Below, in pieces: positions 40,346 to 51,171 of a stretch of DNA of 64,000 bases. How positions within the stretch are numbered: the stretch's first letter is position 1; each line of letters begins with the position of its first letter. The DNA is taken from contig OZ316891.1 in assembly GCA_973895155.1 (NCBI GenBank), positions 15,221,037 to 15,285,036 of the forward strand. Reading direction: 5' to 3'. The DNA is from Marsupella aquatica (taxonomy: Eukaryota > Plantae > Marchantiophyta). Under the pieces are notes generated by a model that worked only from the letters and a program-made list of their open reading frames with translations, made no database searches and was not told where the DNA came from. Made by a program: the position numbers and the translations under genes.

Positions 40346-41362
40346 CTAAAAGGCATGCTCCTGGTCATCACCCCAAATCCATTCCTGATCCAACTTAGTG
40401 AGTATGGTCAAAGGTTTAGCAAGCTGGCTAAATCCTTTAACATACCTCCTGTAGTAGCTCGCCAATCCCAAGAATGCACGAACTCTACTCACATCAGTAG
40501 GACAAGGAATCTGTGTAATGGCCTCCACTTTAGTCTGTTGTACACCCAATCCCCTTGGGTATATAGTGTGGCCCAAATACTCAATCTGGTCTTGGAAGAA
40601 CTTACACTTGCTAGGATGGAGCTTCAACCCATGTGCTCTCAATCTCTCCAACACAGTCTGCAAGTGTTGCTGATGTTCTTCCACAGTAGAAGAATAGACC
40701 AAAATATCATCAATATAACATCTGACAAAATCCAAACCTGCAAGGATTCGATCCATGACTCTCTGGAACTCAGCTGGTGCATTCTTCAACCCAAATGGTA
40801 AGAATAACCACTGATACAAACAATTTTTGCCATAAGAATCAATCCCCCAGAATGTTGTCTTGGACCTGTCAGCATGCCTAATTGGAAGCTGATGGTACCC
40901 TGCCCTCAGATCCAATAAACTGAAAACCTTTGCATGCCCCACAACATCAAAGATCTCCTCAAGTGTGGGCATGGCATATCTGTCAGATTTTGTCTGGCGA
41001 TTAATGGGTCTGTAATCACCACACATGTGCCTATCTGTGTAATTGCCATGCACATCCTTCTTGGCTGGCATCACTGTGGCAGATGCATACTCCCCATATG
41101 AAATCTCCACCAATCCAGCCTCCAACAAATCTTGAGTTCTGCTTTGAATCAGAGCTCTCTCCATGTCACTGTAATGGTATGGCCTACGAAAGATTGGCGC
41201 ATCACTAGCCAATTCAATCTGAATACCAGGACCCTTTAATGTCCCCAAATCTTTCATACTAAATGCAAAACAATTCCAGTAACTCTTCAGGAATCGATGC
41301 ATGCGACGTCTCTCCTCCCTTGTCAACTTAGGGCCAAGCTGTGGTTCCCAACTCTCCACCAA
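40346..41362 (-). pseudogene. Ty3/gypsy reverse transcriptase
   Basis: CGDYRPINRQT, FSLLDLRAGYHQ, LPFGLKNAPAEFQRVMD, YIDDILVYS, KCKF, YLGH. Confidence 0.97.
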
Positions 41363-41559
41363 ATCCCTAATATCTCTTTGTAGGGTAGAAGAGATATCCG
41401 ATGATTGCTATTTAGCAGTAGATTGAGCAGTCCCTTCCTGCTCAACAATCTGTCCAGCCTTGGCCAATCCTGCCATAGGTCCATGGATTGTCTGCTCGCC
41501 CTCAGCTGTGGTCAGTACTGTCTCAGTGGACCGCAAGCTCACCAAGGGACAATCAGTAA

Positions 41560-42560
41560 TTCCAGCAGAGCGCATTTGCAACTGTTCAGCTACTCCCAAG
41601 CTGATAATCCAAGTCAAACAATTCAGATCCATTGCTTGACCAAGAACCTGGCGCCGCAAACCCTCTGACACAGAGGCAACTGCAGTGGTGCCAGTCAAAA
41701 ATCCCATAGCACGCTCTCTCTCATCAGCAATAGGCTCCACTAACTGCTGGAGAGCCGTGTCCCACACAAGTCCAGGGCCACCTCCTCTGAATGCATATGA
41801 AGCAGAGTGGCTTACAAGAGTGGGTAATGCACAACGTGGGCGCCCAACTGCATTGACCACTGCCAATGGAGGTCTATCAGGTTGGGTCACACCCTGTGCA
41901 CGATGCCCTGGATCCAAAATATCATCCACCACTAAGGCTGGTGAGCGTGGAATGCTGTCAAATGCGCGCTTTAGCACCTCACATGGGATCAAATTGATCC
42001 ACCACAAGCGTGGACGATGTGCACGAGAACCCACACGTGCAGCATCCAATAACACAACAGGTCCAATCCAAGACCTCACCTGGTGAACACTGGCAACAAT
42101 CCGACTATGATCATCACCTAACAATGGCACATTCTCCAAAATGTATGCTGGAGACTGTGTTTGATGTAGCTGGAGATGACGCAGCACCCATAACATCTCC
42201 CAAAATAGTGCAGAGCGTGGATCATGAAGTCCATGCCCAACGCCAGCTCTAGATTGGCCCTAACATGGCCAACCAGCAATCACCAAATCAATGGGGCCAA
42301 CACGATGCAGATGATCCGCCCCCAGCAATGAAATATCAGCAGGTAGTGCATGCTGATAACCACGAGCAGCATCCACTAGCAGCAATTGTGGATATCTATC
42401 CACCAACATAGCCACATGCCGCAATGAGACCCTCCGTGCTGTCTCATCTGTCTCCACATACAAATAACGACGCACAAGAATTCTTGCCTGAAGAACAACA
42501 GCCAATCTAGTGCTAATCCCACCAAAAAGATCCAACAAACAAATACCCTCCGCTGGATAT
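41560..42560 (-). pseudogene. DNMT3-like C5 cytosine DNA methyltransferase domain within pol (one nonsense codon after catalytic PC)
   Basis: Motif I LLDLFGGIST, II YVETD, IV IDLVIAGWPC*G, VI YILENV, VIII RAHRPRLWW, IX ERERAMGF, X LGQAMD, all in linear order and one frame. Confidence 0.9.
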
Positions 42561-42697
42561 TGCCAAGCAATAGGAGTGGTATCCAATGGTGAAAGAGTCA
42601 CAGGTCCATCTGCAAGAGATTGCTCTGCTCCTAACTGTGGTGTAAAAGCATGACGCCATGCATCATGTACCAATCGTACTGTTGCCTGTGGCAAGGC

Positions 42698-43528
42698 CTA
42701 TGCAGTGCCCCACACTGGTGGCACAACACTACCAACAGGTAATCCTTGCATGATGTGCTCCTCATGAGACTCCTCCAATGGTGGAACATCGGCTGCACGC
42801 GCATTACCCTCAATCAAATCATCAGGTCCAGCAATTACACCACTGAATGCTGCCAAAGACAATGGTGTGGATTTAGCGCCTCCCACAGGTCCACTAAATC
42901 TCACTGGCAATTTGCTCAATCGAGCATCTCCTGACTGCCAATCAGGTCTATATGACACTAATTCCTCCCAAAAATCAAGAATAAATCCCATGGGGTAGAG
43001 CACTGTACATCCCACCAACACATCATATGACTCTGCCTTAGTCAGAATAGCTCGCGCCTGTATCTGTGAGCTATCTGTGGTATGACCTTCCTGAATCCTC
43101 AAATCAAGAGGTCTCCTGGTAATGTGTTGTGTAGGTGTAGGTCCCCCCAATGAAGTCTGAATGGGAAAGGGACAATTCTCCAAATCCTCTGGACGCAATC
43201 CCAATCCACGTATGACAGACTTTCCCAACATCAAGGGCTGAGCACCAGTATCCAGTAACACCCTCTCTGGCTGGTATACTGCTCCAGAAGGCCCAACTAA
43301 TCGGAAGATACCACTCCGATTATCCAATGATACAACACTAGGTTTAAACCTAGTCCTCTCAAATGCAGGGCGTGCTGGTAAATCCACCAACCTCGCTCCT
43401 GCTGCATGCCATGTCTCACTAGTAGCAGTAGGTGGCATGGTCTTCACTGCATCAACACTGCAAGTTGCTTCTGCATGGGAAGCAACCACTGGAGTGTCCT
43501 CACAGAGTGTAGCTGCCAATCTAAACAC
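42698..43528 (-). pseudogene. Retropepsin-like aspartic protease region of pol
   Basis: VLLDTGA catalytic motif and YDVLVG C-terminal motif. In frame with the downstream DNMT, separated only by a TAG. Confidence 0.85.
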
Positions 43529-43641
43529 TTATGCAGGACCAACTCCCAAGTTCAGCATGTCTGTCGCTGAAAATAATGGGGCGCGTACCATGGCAGTAGC
43601 CGCCCCCAGCAAGGTACCTATCATCCCTACTGCATCACTAC

Positions 43642-45381
43642 CTATTCTGCCAACTTACCCACATCAGGGTTTGTCCGAACCGGGTTCATAGAGGCAGTCT
43701 GAACTGTCTCTGACAATGTAAAAGACTGAGGAAGCTTTGTCTGTCGACGTGCATCTCCCCTCTGTGGATCTAACTCCACTATTGCTCCTCGGGGCTCAAG
43801 AGCTTTGGCTGCCCCACGTGTCAAAGCTGCTGATGCATCAATATGTGTAGTGCCACACATGAATCCCATGGTGGCAAGGTCTCCATCAGCTCCATAAGAT
43901 GTGGAAGGTCCATAGGATATTGATGCCCCATCACCAGAAGTAGGTCTCACCTGAGAACTAGCCATGGCAGCTAGCTGTTGCTCCAATTGAGCAATCTTAG
44001 CATCCTTTGGATCTATGGTTACAGCAGGGGCAGCGTCACCTCCCTGTCTCCCTGCATGTGGCATGCCACGACCACGTCCACCGCCTCTACCTCCTCCTCC
44101 TCTTCCCTGATCATGTGTACGGGATCCTCCTCTCCGTAACTCAGGATGGAGTGAGAAACACCTATCCTTGGTGTGTCTAGGAGCTCCACAGTGATCACAC
44201 TGTCGCTGATCAGGCGCTGATGCTCCCCCTGATCCTCTATGATCTGGGCAATATCTCTGTGCATGATCCCCACCACAGGTCCAACATCCTGACTGCTGTC
44301 CAGCATAAGAGGGCACAGATCTCTGGCTGGTAGACTCTCGTGCAGTAGGCTTCTCCCTCTGGCTCTTCCGTGCAGTAGGCTGTGGTGTGGATGTGGATGC
44401 AGCCTTTGGTGCTTCCTTGGCAAATCCGGAAGTCACCACCTTCTCATTCACCATATTGAGCTCAATGTGCTCAGAAAGTGTAAAAACAACTGCTAATGTG
44501 GGATCTGCATCCCTAAGCAGAGTGACATCTCTCACTCTGCGTCGCAATTCTCTGTCCAGAATTGCATACCAAAACTGGACTGCTTGAGCCTCTGTCACTC
44601 CCTTGGTGACAGTGATCAATCTGCGCATACAAGTGTATGCCTCACGTAGACTCTCTCCAGTCTTGCGCTGGAACTCTTGAAGACCCTTCAACTTATCAGT
44701 TCTTACACCCTGATAGTTCTGCTTTAGTACCTCAAAGAATTCCACCACAAGGTTAAATGCTAGCGCAACTCCAATTCCTGTCACAATCACACCGGCAGGA
44801 GTAGCGGTGGATGCTGCTGGAGTGCTGCTGGTGGATGGTGTGCCACTCTGGCTAGTGCTGCTAGAAGAAGCAGCAACTATGGCAATGGGTTGGGCAGCCG
44901 CACTAGTGCCATAGGTGATGGTCACGTAATTAGGCGACCAATGCTGCCTCCATGCCTCAATCTCAACCAAATGAGCCTTCCGAAACTCATGGTAGTCATC
45001 CATGGGTGGCCCCTCCAAATGCTGAAATAATCCCTTCCATGCCATGAAAGGGGTAAACAATGTGGCGTTACGCAATGTCTGCATATCGCACCACGTATCA
45101 AACTCCTGGATGAAGTCATCCAGATCAATCGTGCCAACTGCACCAGAGTATCGTCGTGGGCCCTTTGTAGCCCCGTACATCTCGTCCATATCCCACAACA
45201 AAAGTGCAACCACCTGATGATAAGGAGAATTGGTCACTGAGTCCTCATCAAAATCACTGTCTGAAGCTGCACTGCTAACTGCTACCAATGCTGCTGGCCG
45301 AAACTGCGCCCCACTCCGAGTGAAACCGGTCCGTCGTCCATCGGGTAACCCAGCAGCACCAGAAAAATCCGTGGTGACCAA
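43642..45381 (-). pseudogene. Retrotransposon Gag (capsid-like region plus two zinc knuckles)
   Basis: FQRKTGESLREAY gag motif; CWTCGGDHAQRYC and CDHCGAPRHTKDRC knuckles; RG-rich segment. Offset from the pol frame near 43640. Confidence 0.85.
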
Positions 45382-46610
45382 CCCTAACCTAATCTATGTG
45401 CTAACCCTAAGGGCAGTCTGTCCCTATCAGCACCACAAGCACTCACCATGGTGTGTTGGACATCACTCCAACATCACCAGGAGAAAAATACACAGCACAC
45501 TAGAATGTCCGGTTGCAAACCCGGATCACTCCTATGGAATCAAGTGCCCATACCGAACCAACATGGCGCATAAACAAGAAACAAGTGTGGAGAGGATCCA
45601 ATCAACAAGAATAGTCAAACACTAACTCTCCACACCAAGAGTGATCACACATTGATCAAACAAATATTTATAATGTTCAATGAAAGGCCTTCATAATAGG
45701 CTTCATGATGTCCCAATGTTATAGATGAGAAACCATGCAGAATTGGTTCAATCTGTGTATTTAGATGAACTCAGAACTATCAAAAACCTCTAAAGAGCCT
45801 CTGATTTGGCCCGAAACAAGGCTCTAAGCAAACCGGAAAGTGTATAAAGCCCCATGGCGTTTGAATCTAAACAACAAGTTGTGAAAACTTGTGTGTACAC
45901 AAGGTGGGATGAGAACTTGCCAGTTAAGCGCTTGCGGGTGGGAATAGTCCCGGGATGGGTGACCTCCTCGCGCTCGACCTCGTGCTTCCCCTCGTGTTCA
46001 TGACCTGGAATAGCCCCAGGATGGGTGACCTCGACCTCGCGCTTGCTTGCGCTCGCGATGGGTGACTTCACGCTCGCGGTTGGGAGCACTTTCGGGATGG
46101 GTGACCTCACGCGTCACCTTATGCGCGCACAATTGTGTGTGTACACAAAACAGAAGTCGTCGGGCTCAGAAATGGCAACATTTGCCACTCGAAAGTAGCA
46201 ATTTCCTTCACAAAAACGGCAACGTCGATGGCTCTCGACCTCTGCAAACCTGTTGCGCATGGTTCTGGGACATTTCGTGAGCGTCCCTTGACAATAAAAC
46301 ACTGCGAGCACTCAAAATTCCAACAGATTTGTCCACAAAACAGCAATGCGATACAAGCAGCAACCTTCGGCCATCTCTTTCCAGATCTAGACTCCGACTC
46401 AATCCAGATCCAACAACGTTAAGCTTGGCCAGAACCAGATCAAATATCAACAGAGTACTCAAACAATAGAACCAACGATCCAAGAAACATGAATCCGCGT
46501 CAAACACAAATCCAATTGATTCGAGCTACCACGAACCGTCACCGTCAACAACAAACTCAGACTGAGCTTTTGTCCGCACAACAGAGTTTGAAGCTCATGA
46601 TCTTTCAATG

Positions 46611-46938
46611 TAATCTCCATACAATCGGCATAACGATCCCGGTCAACAATACCCCATCGATCCCGCACCGATCCGATCACACACGTATGTCAAGCCAACG
46701 CACCTTGCACTACTCAAGGAATCCACATTACACAAGCGGAGCTCACAGCCACCATAGCCACTCAAGCTCCTCTCTCTCCAAGGCTCAACATTGAAAGATG
46801 ACCTTTCAATGCCTCACAAGTGAGAAGTACCCTCTCACACAAACTTGATGGACCCTTATCGGCTCCAATAGCACTCATACCAAACGTACATACTCTAATA
46901 GCACGATATACTACTACACTACTCATAATGGTGTGACA
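46611..46938 (-). repeat. Repeat B, 5' copy (328 bp) of the gypsy-DNMT element
   Basis: Matches 36715-37042 with about 7 substitutions by eye. Confidence 0.93.
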
Positions 46939-47039
46939 ACATAGAGGAGACCATATATCTCGCATCTAACTAGTGTCATAAAGTGTAATCAAAAGTTGTG
47001 AATCTAGCTACTCTCTAGGGTGAAGACTCTAGACCATAA

Positions 47040-47457
47040 TGTTAGGTATTGCTCTTAGTCTTGTGACTTATGAGCTAACCACAATTAGGTTAACTCAGGT
47101 TAGGACTTAGCTAAGGTTAGCGGTAGTGCTGTTGTGTATATTGCCAGGGCTGGTGCCAGCCCCTGGTGGGACTAAGGCTCATTATTATGGAGCTAGTTGA
47201 GAGATAGGGAGAGCTAGTGCTGTGGATGCTTGGTATGGTCGGTCGGCCTAGAGTGTAGTAAAACTCTTGTGTGTTCCCGTGGACGTAGCCTCATGACGAG
47301 GTGACCACGTATCTCTCTATGTCGACTCTTGTGTGTTCCCGTGGACGTAGCCTCATGACGAGGTGACCATGTATCTCTCTGTGTCGACTCTTGTGCGGGC
47401 TCTTGTGCGTTGGATGGTTCATGGGCTTGCGGTTGCGATTGTCGTCTATGCTCAACA
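47040..47457 (+). mobile_element. Solo LTR related to the copia element (opposite orientation)
   Basis: TGTTAG...CTCAACA aligns with the reverse complement of 55354-55697. 5-bp TSD CATAA. Internal ~62-bp tandem duplication at ~47264-47390. Confidence 0.92.
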
Positions 47458-47475
47458 CATAACTCTAAGTGACAA

Positions 47476-47632
47476 TAGGGCGTGTCAAAGCACAGTTGTA
47501 CCTGAGTTACGGCTCAGAACAAAAAACATACTTACGGCTATGGGTGACCACAATACGTACCTCGTAAGGGTGGTACGTCCAAAAACATAAAGTCGTAACC
47601 AAAGTGTTACGGGAGAACTTTGACACGCCCTA
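47476..47632. mobile_element. Short MITE (hAT-like TIR)
   Basis: Perfect 15-bp TIR TAGGGCGTGTCAAAG / CTTTGACACGCCCTA; no clean TSD. Confidence 0.7.
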
Positions 47633-50151
47633 ATGTACACAAAGAAGTGATTTCACTGAAAAGTTGCTGTTTATACCAAAATGCTTAGAAGATTTTTAAA
47701 ATTTATATGAACAAGTTTCCCCAGTAAATTTTTAATATATGAACAAATTCTTTGGAGATTTCAGGGGACCCCAAAACCCAAGACTTTAATAATTATGTAT
47801 TCATTGTGTGAATAAATATGATATTATGGTAATGTACAGCATAGCATGTACAAGCCCTAAACCTCAACCTGTAGCCAATGGCAATGGTATTCATGTTTTT
47901 AGTTTACAGCTCTTTCCTACATTGGCACTAAGGATGCGCGGGATTATACAACTGCCATGGTTTTCGTATTATTTGAAAAAATGCCACTTTTGCATCTATG
48001 GTTAGTTTGGCTAACTTGTCTTTCACGTGTCATGTCCTGATTGAGTGAATGTTCCCTCCAGACTCTGTAGGGTTGGAATTTCTGTCCTGACTGGTTAAGG
48101 CAAAATTTCTGTTGTCCTGTGTTTGCCCACACTCTCAGTTGGGAGTCTAAACCCTAAACCAAAGTTTCAACCAAAGCATTTCAACCAAAGTCTTCCTGAC
48201 AATGATTGTAGATGATCATCTTTCGAGCTGGATTTCTCTGCAACTCCTCAATGTCTCAAGGGGCACTTTAGTTTGACATTGGGAACAGCCTTGCAGTGAA
48301 ACCCACTCACCTACCCTCCCTTGCACCTAGTGCGAGAGGGGGCTTGAAACTGAGGCTGGCCTGCAGGTCTCAATTCCCAGTGGCACTTACAAGTAGTTGG
48401 TTTCTCTTGCTGATGGAGCTTGATTTGTTTCTCTCTAGAAGTGGTCTAAGCGCTCTGAGTAACGGATAAAGCTTGAATCCTTTCTGGTCCTAATTCTTAC
48501 CCAATCAAGCTCCTCAAATTAGGAATATAGCTTTTGAGAGTCTTTACAAGATGGACACCAAAAAAATGCAAGGCATGGCTTGATCAGACAAGGTCCTGCT
48601 TGATTTGATGAAGACAAATTGAAATGAACACAACAACATATGACTAGCACGGACATTCTTCTGTTTATGTTAAAGTTTTAGAAAAATACCTGAGTGCACT
48701 CAATTGGATATGTAATTTAACGTGATAGTCACCTGAGTGTTTACCATTTTACTTAGCTTGCAGTCCTCATAACACATTTTGACTATATTTGGTCATATAA
48801 ACCAGGATATAAACCTTACACAAGTTACAATGGTAAATAGTTGCTTAAGAATCCCCGAGCCTGGCAATTATAGTTCTTGATAAGTTTTTGTTTATTCCTT
48901 CTCTTTGTCAGATTGTTTACCTTTTGGGCCCTGCAAATTCAAAAGATGACCACTCTATAAAAGAGCAGGACCTTATATTTTACTTCTTGGTGTAGCATTG
49001 ATCCCCTCATTCTAGTTTCCCTCATAACAAGATTAAGGGCTCAAAACTGTTGGTGGCTGAACTTCTAGAAAGTGAGGCGCAGCCAAGAGCCCTTCATCTG
49101 CAATCAACCCCCTCAAACTTGGAGGGAGGCACTTTGGGTGACTTGTGGGTTACAAACAGGACAATCATATTCTTCCACCTTCCTTTCCAAATGTTGCTGA
49201 GTGAAAAATGCTGATCATAACTCAAATCCAAGAGCTTGATCTATCAGAGCAGCAAAATGGATGGTTTTCTCTATTAAAGTTTCATGCTAGAAGAGGGCGT
49301 CCTGATTTGTTTTTGCATTTTTCCCCACAAAAGTTTTAAACCAGGAGAGGGTGTCCACAAAACATTTTGCTCAACATGACTTATATAGTTATAGGTCCAA
49401 TCACAACCGTCCAGAAATGTCAAGATTCTGACAAAATCCGACATTGTTATCTTCGTTCAATTATAGTGGATTCCAAAAGTTGGTTGTGTAAGTAAAACAA
49501 TTAACTGTTCCACTCATTCAGTTGTTCCCAAATGGGCCAAATGGGGAGAGTATGATAGACAAGGTGACCATTCAGTCACAGGCTACAATTGAGTAACAGT
49601 TAAATCTGCCCAAAAAGTTGCCTAACCCCCAAAAAGTACGAGGTGAATTATTTCTCCTCTCTTGCTGGACGAAGCTAGTCTCTACTCCTCCAGAGCTGAA
49701 TTTGTCTTTTGAACTCTGAATGACTTACCAATGAGCACCTCCTTGGAGGCCTGAACACACTTTCACCCAGGTATTGAACACCCACTAGTTGACGTAACTC
49801 ACCCTCAACTTGAATGGTAGTCTGGTTTCTGCCAATTTAACTCTATTTTTGTTTGTCGTAATCATCATCAACGGGGAACTTGAATAGTTAATGCTGGTTG
49901 ACTCATGTTTCATCTGGGAAACTTGAACTTCAATAGTAATGCTGGTCGACTCATGACTCACGTGGTTTTCAGAAGTAAACATAGATAAAATGGAGTAAAC
50001 CATCTCTTCTTTTCAGTGACTTATATTCATTATCTCGAGACCTGACACATTTATGCTCAGGCATTTTAACTTTATTATAAGGAACTGGCTTTGGATGGAG
50101 AGACAATGAAAGGCCCCCCCACCCTCTTGTAAAGCCACCATAAGTCTATTT

Positions 50152-51171
50152 TCAGTCGTCATAATCATCATCATCTGGGGCAGCCGATTCCGACACTTTG
50201 GCCCTTTTGCTCGCTCGCTGGTACGCCGGACGAGCGCGCGCAGGCGATGGATTTCGTGAAGCAAGCCGCGATGCAGCTCGCGATGGCAGCCGAGACGCAG
50301 CTCGCGATGGCAGCCGTGATGCCGACCGAGATGCGAGCCTGGACGCGGTCGTCGATGGCGGAGAACTCCCCTCAGGCGCAGAACCTCCACCTCCGCCCTT
50401 GACCGGACCTCCGGGCAGAGGTCGCTCATTCCCCTTGAAGGACAACTTCGCCACTCCTCTCCGAAGCTTTGCAGTTTTGCCGGGCGCATCTGCGTGCTTG
50501 CGGCCATGTCGTCTTCTTCTCCTCCTCCTCCTCCTCCTTCCATGGCCTTTGCGGCCCTTCCGTCGTCCATGTCTTCTTGTCCTTCGACGACGACGACGAC
50601 GACGATGCTTCCTTCCTTTCGCTCTTCTGAATTTCCTGCGTCTTTTACCCCTTCCTCTTCTTCTCCTCCTCCTCCTCCTCTTCCTGCCTTTATGGCGGTG
50701 ATGCCTTCTCCGCCTCCTCAGCTCCGATGCCGGCACGAGTTTGTATCCTTTGGTAGTCTTCACCAATTTCCCGTCTTTCTGAAGGTTTTTTAGGACGGTG
50801 TTGAGGCGCCTAGTGTTGTGAGCGCCAGTTAGGGTGTATCCATGGCTGTCCTTAAGGTCTTGCTTTATGCTTTTTACCGGGCACCCGCCCTTTTTCTTCA
50901 GCTTGGCAATTGTGGATTGAACGAGTCGTGTGAGTCCAGACGTGGTCTTGGCCATGCTTGCGATGCTCATTTTGGATGCGGAGCCACTTGGCTGGTATGA
51001 ACCATTATCGTCATTGCTGTCGTATCCCGTCGCATCGGTGGCATAGCTTGCTCTCGAGTCCTGCGTGGATGTCATGGATGCACCCGATGCACCTGACTGG
51101 GACGAGTAGCCGTCGGACTTTTCTGACGAAATGCTGGAAGCACTAGGGCTCCTGTGACGTCGGGACTTCAT
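50152..51171 (-). CDS. Histone H1-derived protamine-like sperm nuclear basic protein, paralog 2 (~339 aa from ATG MKSRRHR)
   Basis: Same architecture as paralog 1. H1 globular domain LVQSTIAKLKKKGGCPVKSIKQDLKDSHG...LNTVLKNLQKDGKLVKTTKGYKL, poly-Arg tract, repeated ASRL(A/P)SR, acidic tail DDDDYDD. Confidence 0.88.
   Translation of the reverse strand: MKSRRHRSPSASSISSEKSDGYSSQSGASGASMTSTQDSRASYATDATGYDSNDDNGSYQPSGSASKMSIASMAKTTSGLTRLVQSTIAKLKKKGGCPVKSIKQDLKDSHGYTLTGAHNTRRLNTVLKNLQKDGKLVKTTKGYKLVPASELRRRRRHHRHKGRKRRRRRRRRGRGKRRRKFRRAKGRKHRRRRRRRRTRRHGRRKGRKGHGRRRRRRRRRRHGRKHADAPGKTAKLRRGVAKLSFKGNERPLPGGPVKGGGGGSAPEGSSPPSTTASRLASRSASRLPSRAASRLPSRAASRLASRNPSPARARPAYQRASKRAKVSESAAPDDDDYDD

Larger units (their letters stand above)
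36578..46938 (-). mobile_element. Ty3/gypsy-type retrotransposon with DNMT3-like methyltransferase and PHD finger; split direct repeat termini; decayed
   Basis: Domain order gag(CCHC x2)-PR-DNMT-RT-RH-INT-PHD. Ends TGTC...GACA. 4-bp TSD ACAT at 36574-36577 and 46939-46942. PPT-like TAGGGGGGC on minus at ~37184-37192. Confidence 0.93.

Noticed and set aside
36578-46938. Classifying the split-repeat element as DIRS/Ngaro
   Set aside because: It has a gypsy-type RT/RH, an aspartic protease, a DDE integrase and a TSD; no tyrosine recombinase RHRY motif was found.
31664-51171. Functional link between the DNMT element and the flanking sperm chromatin genes
   Set aside because: The DNMT is a dead TE domain and the region is generally TE-rich; proximity alone is not evidence.
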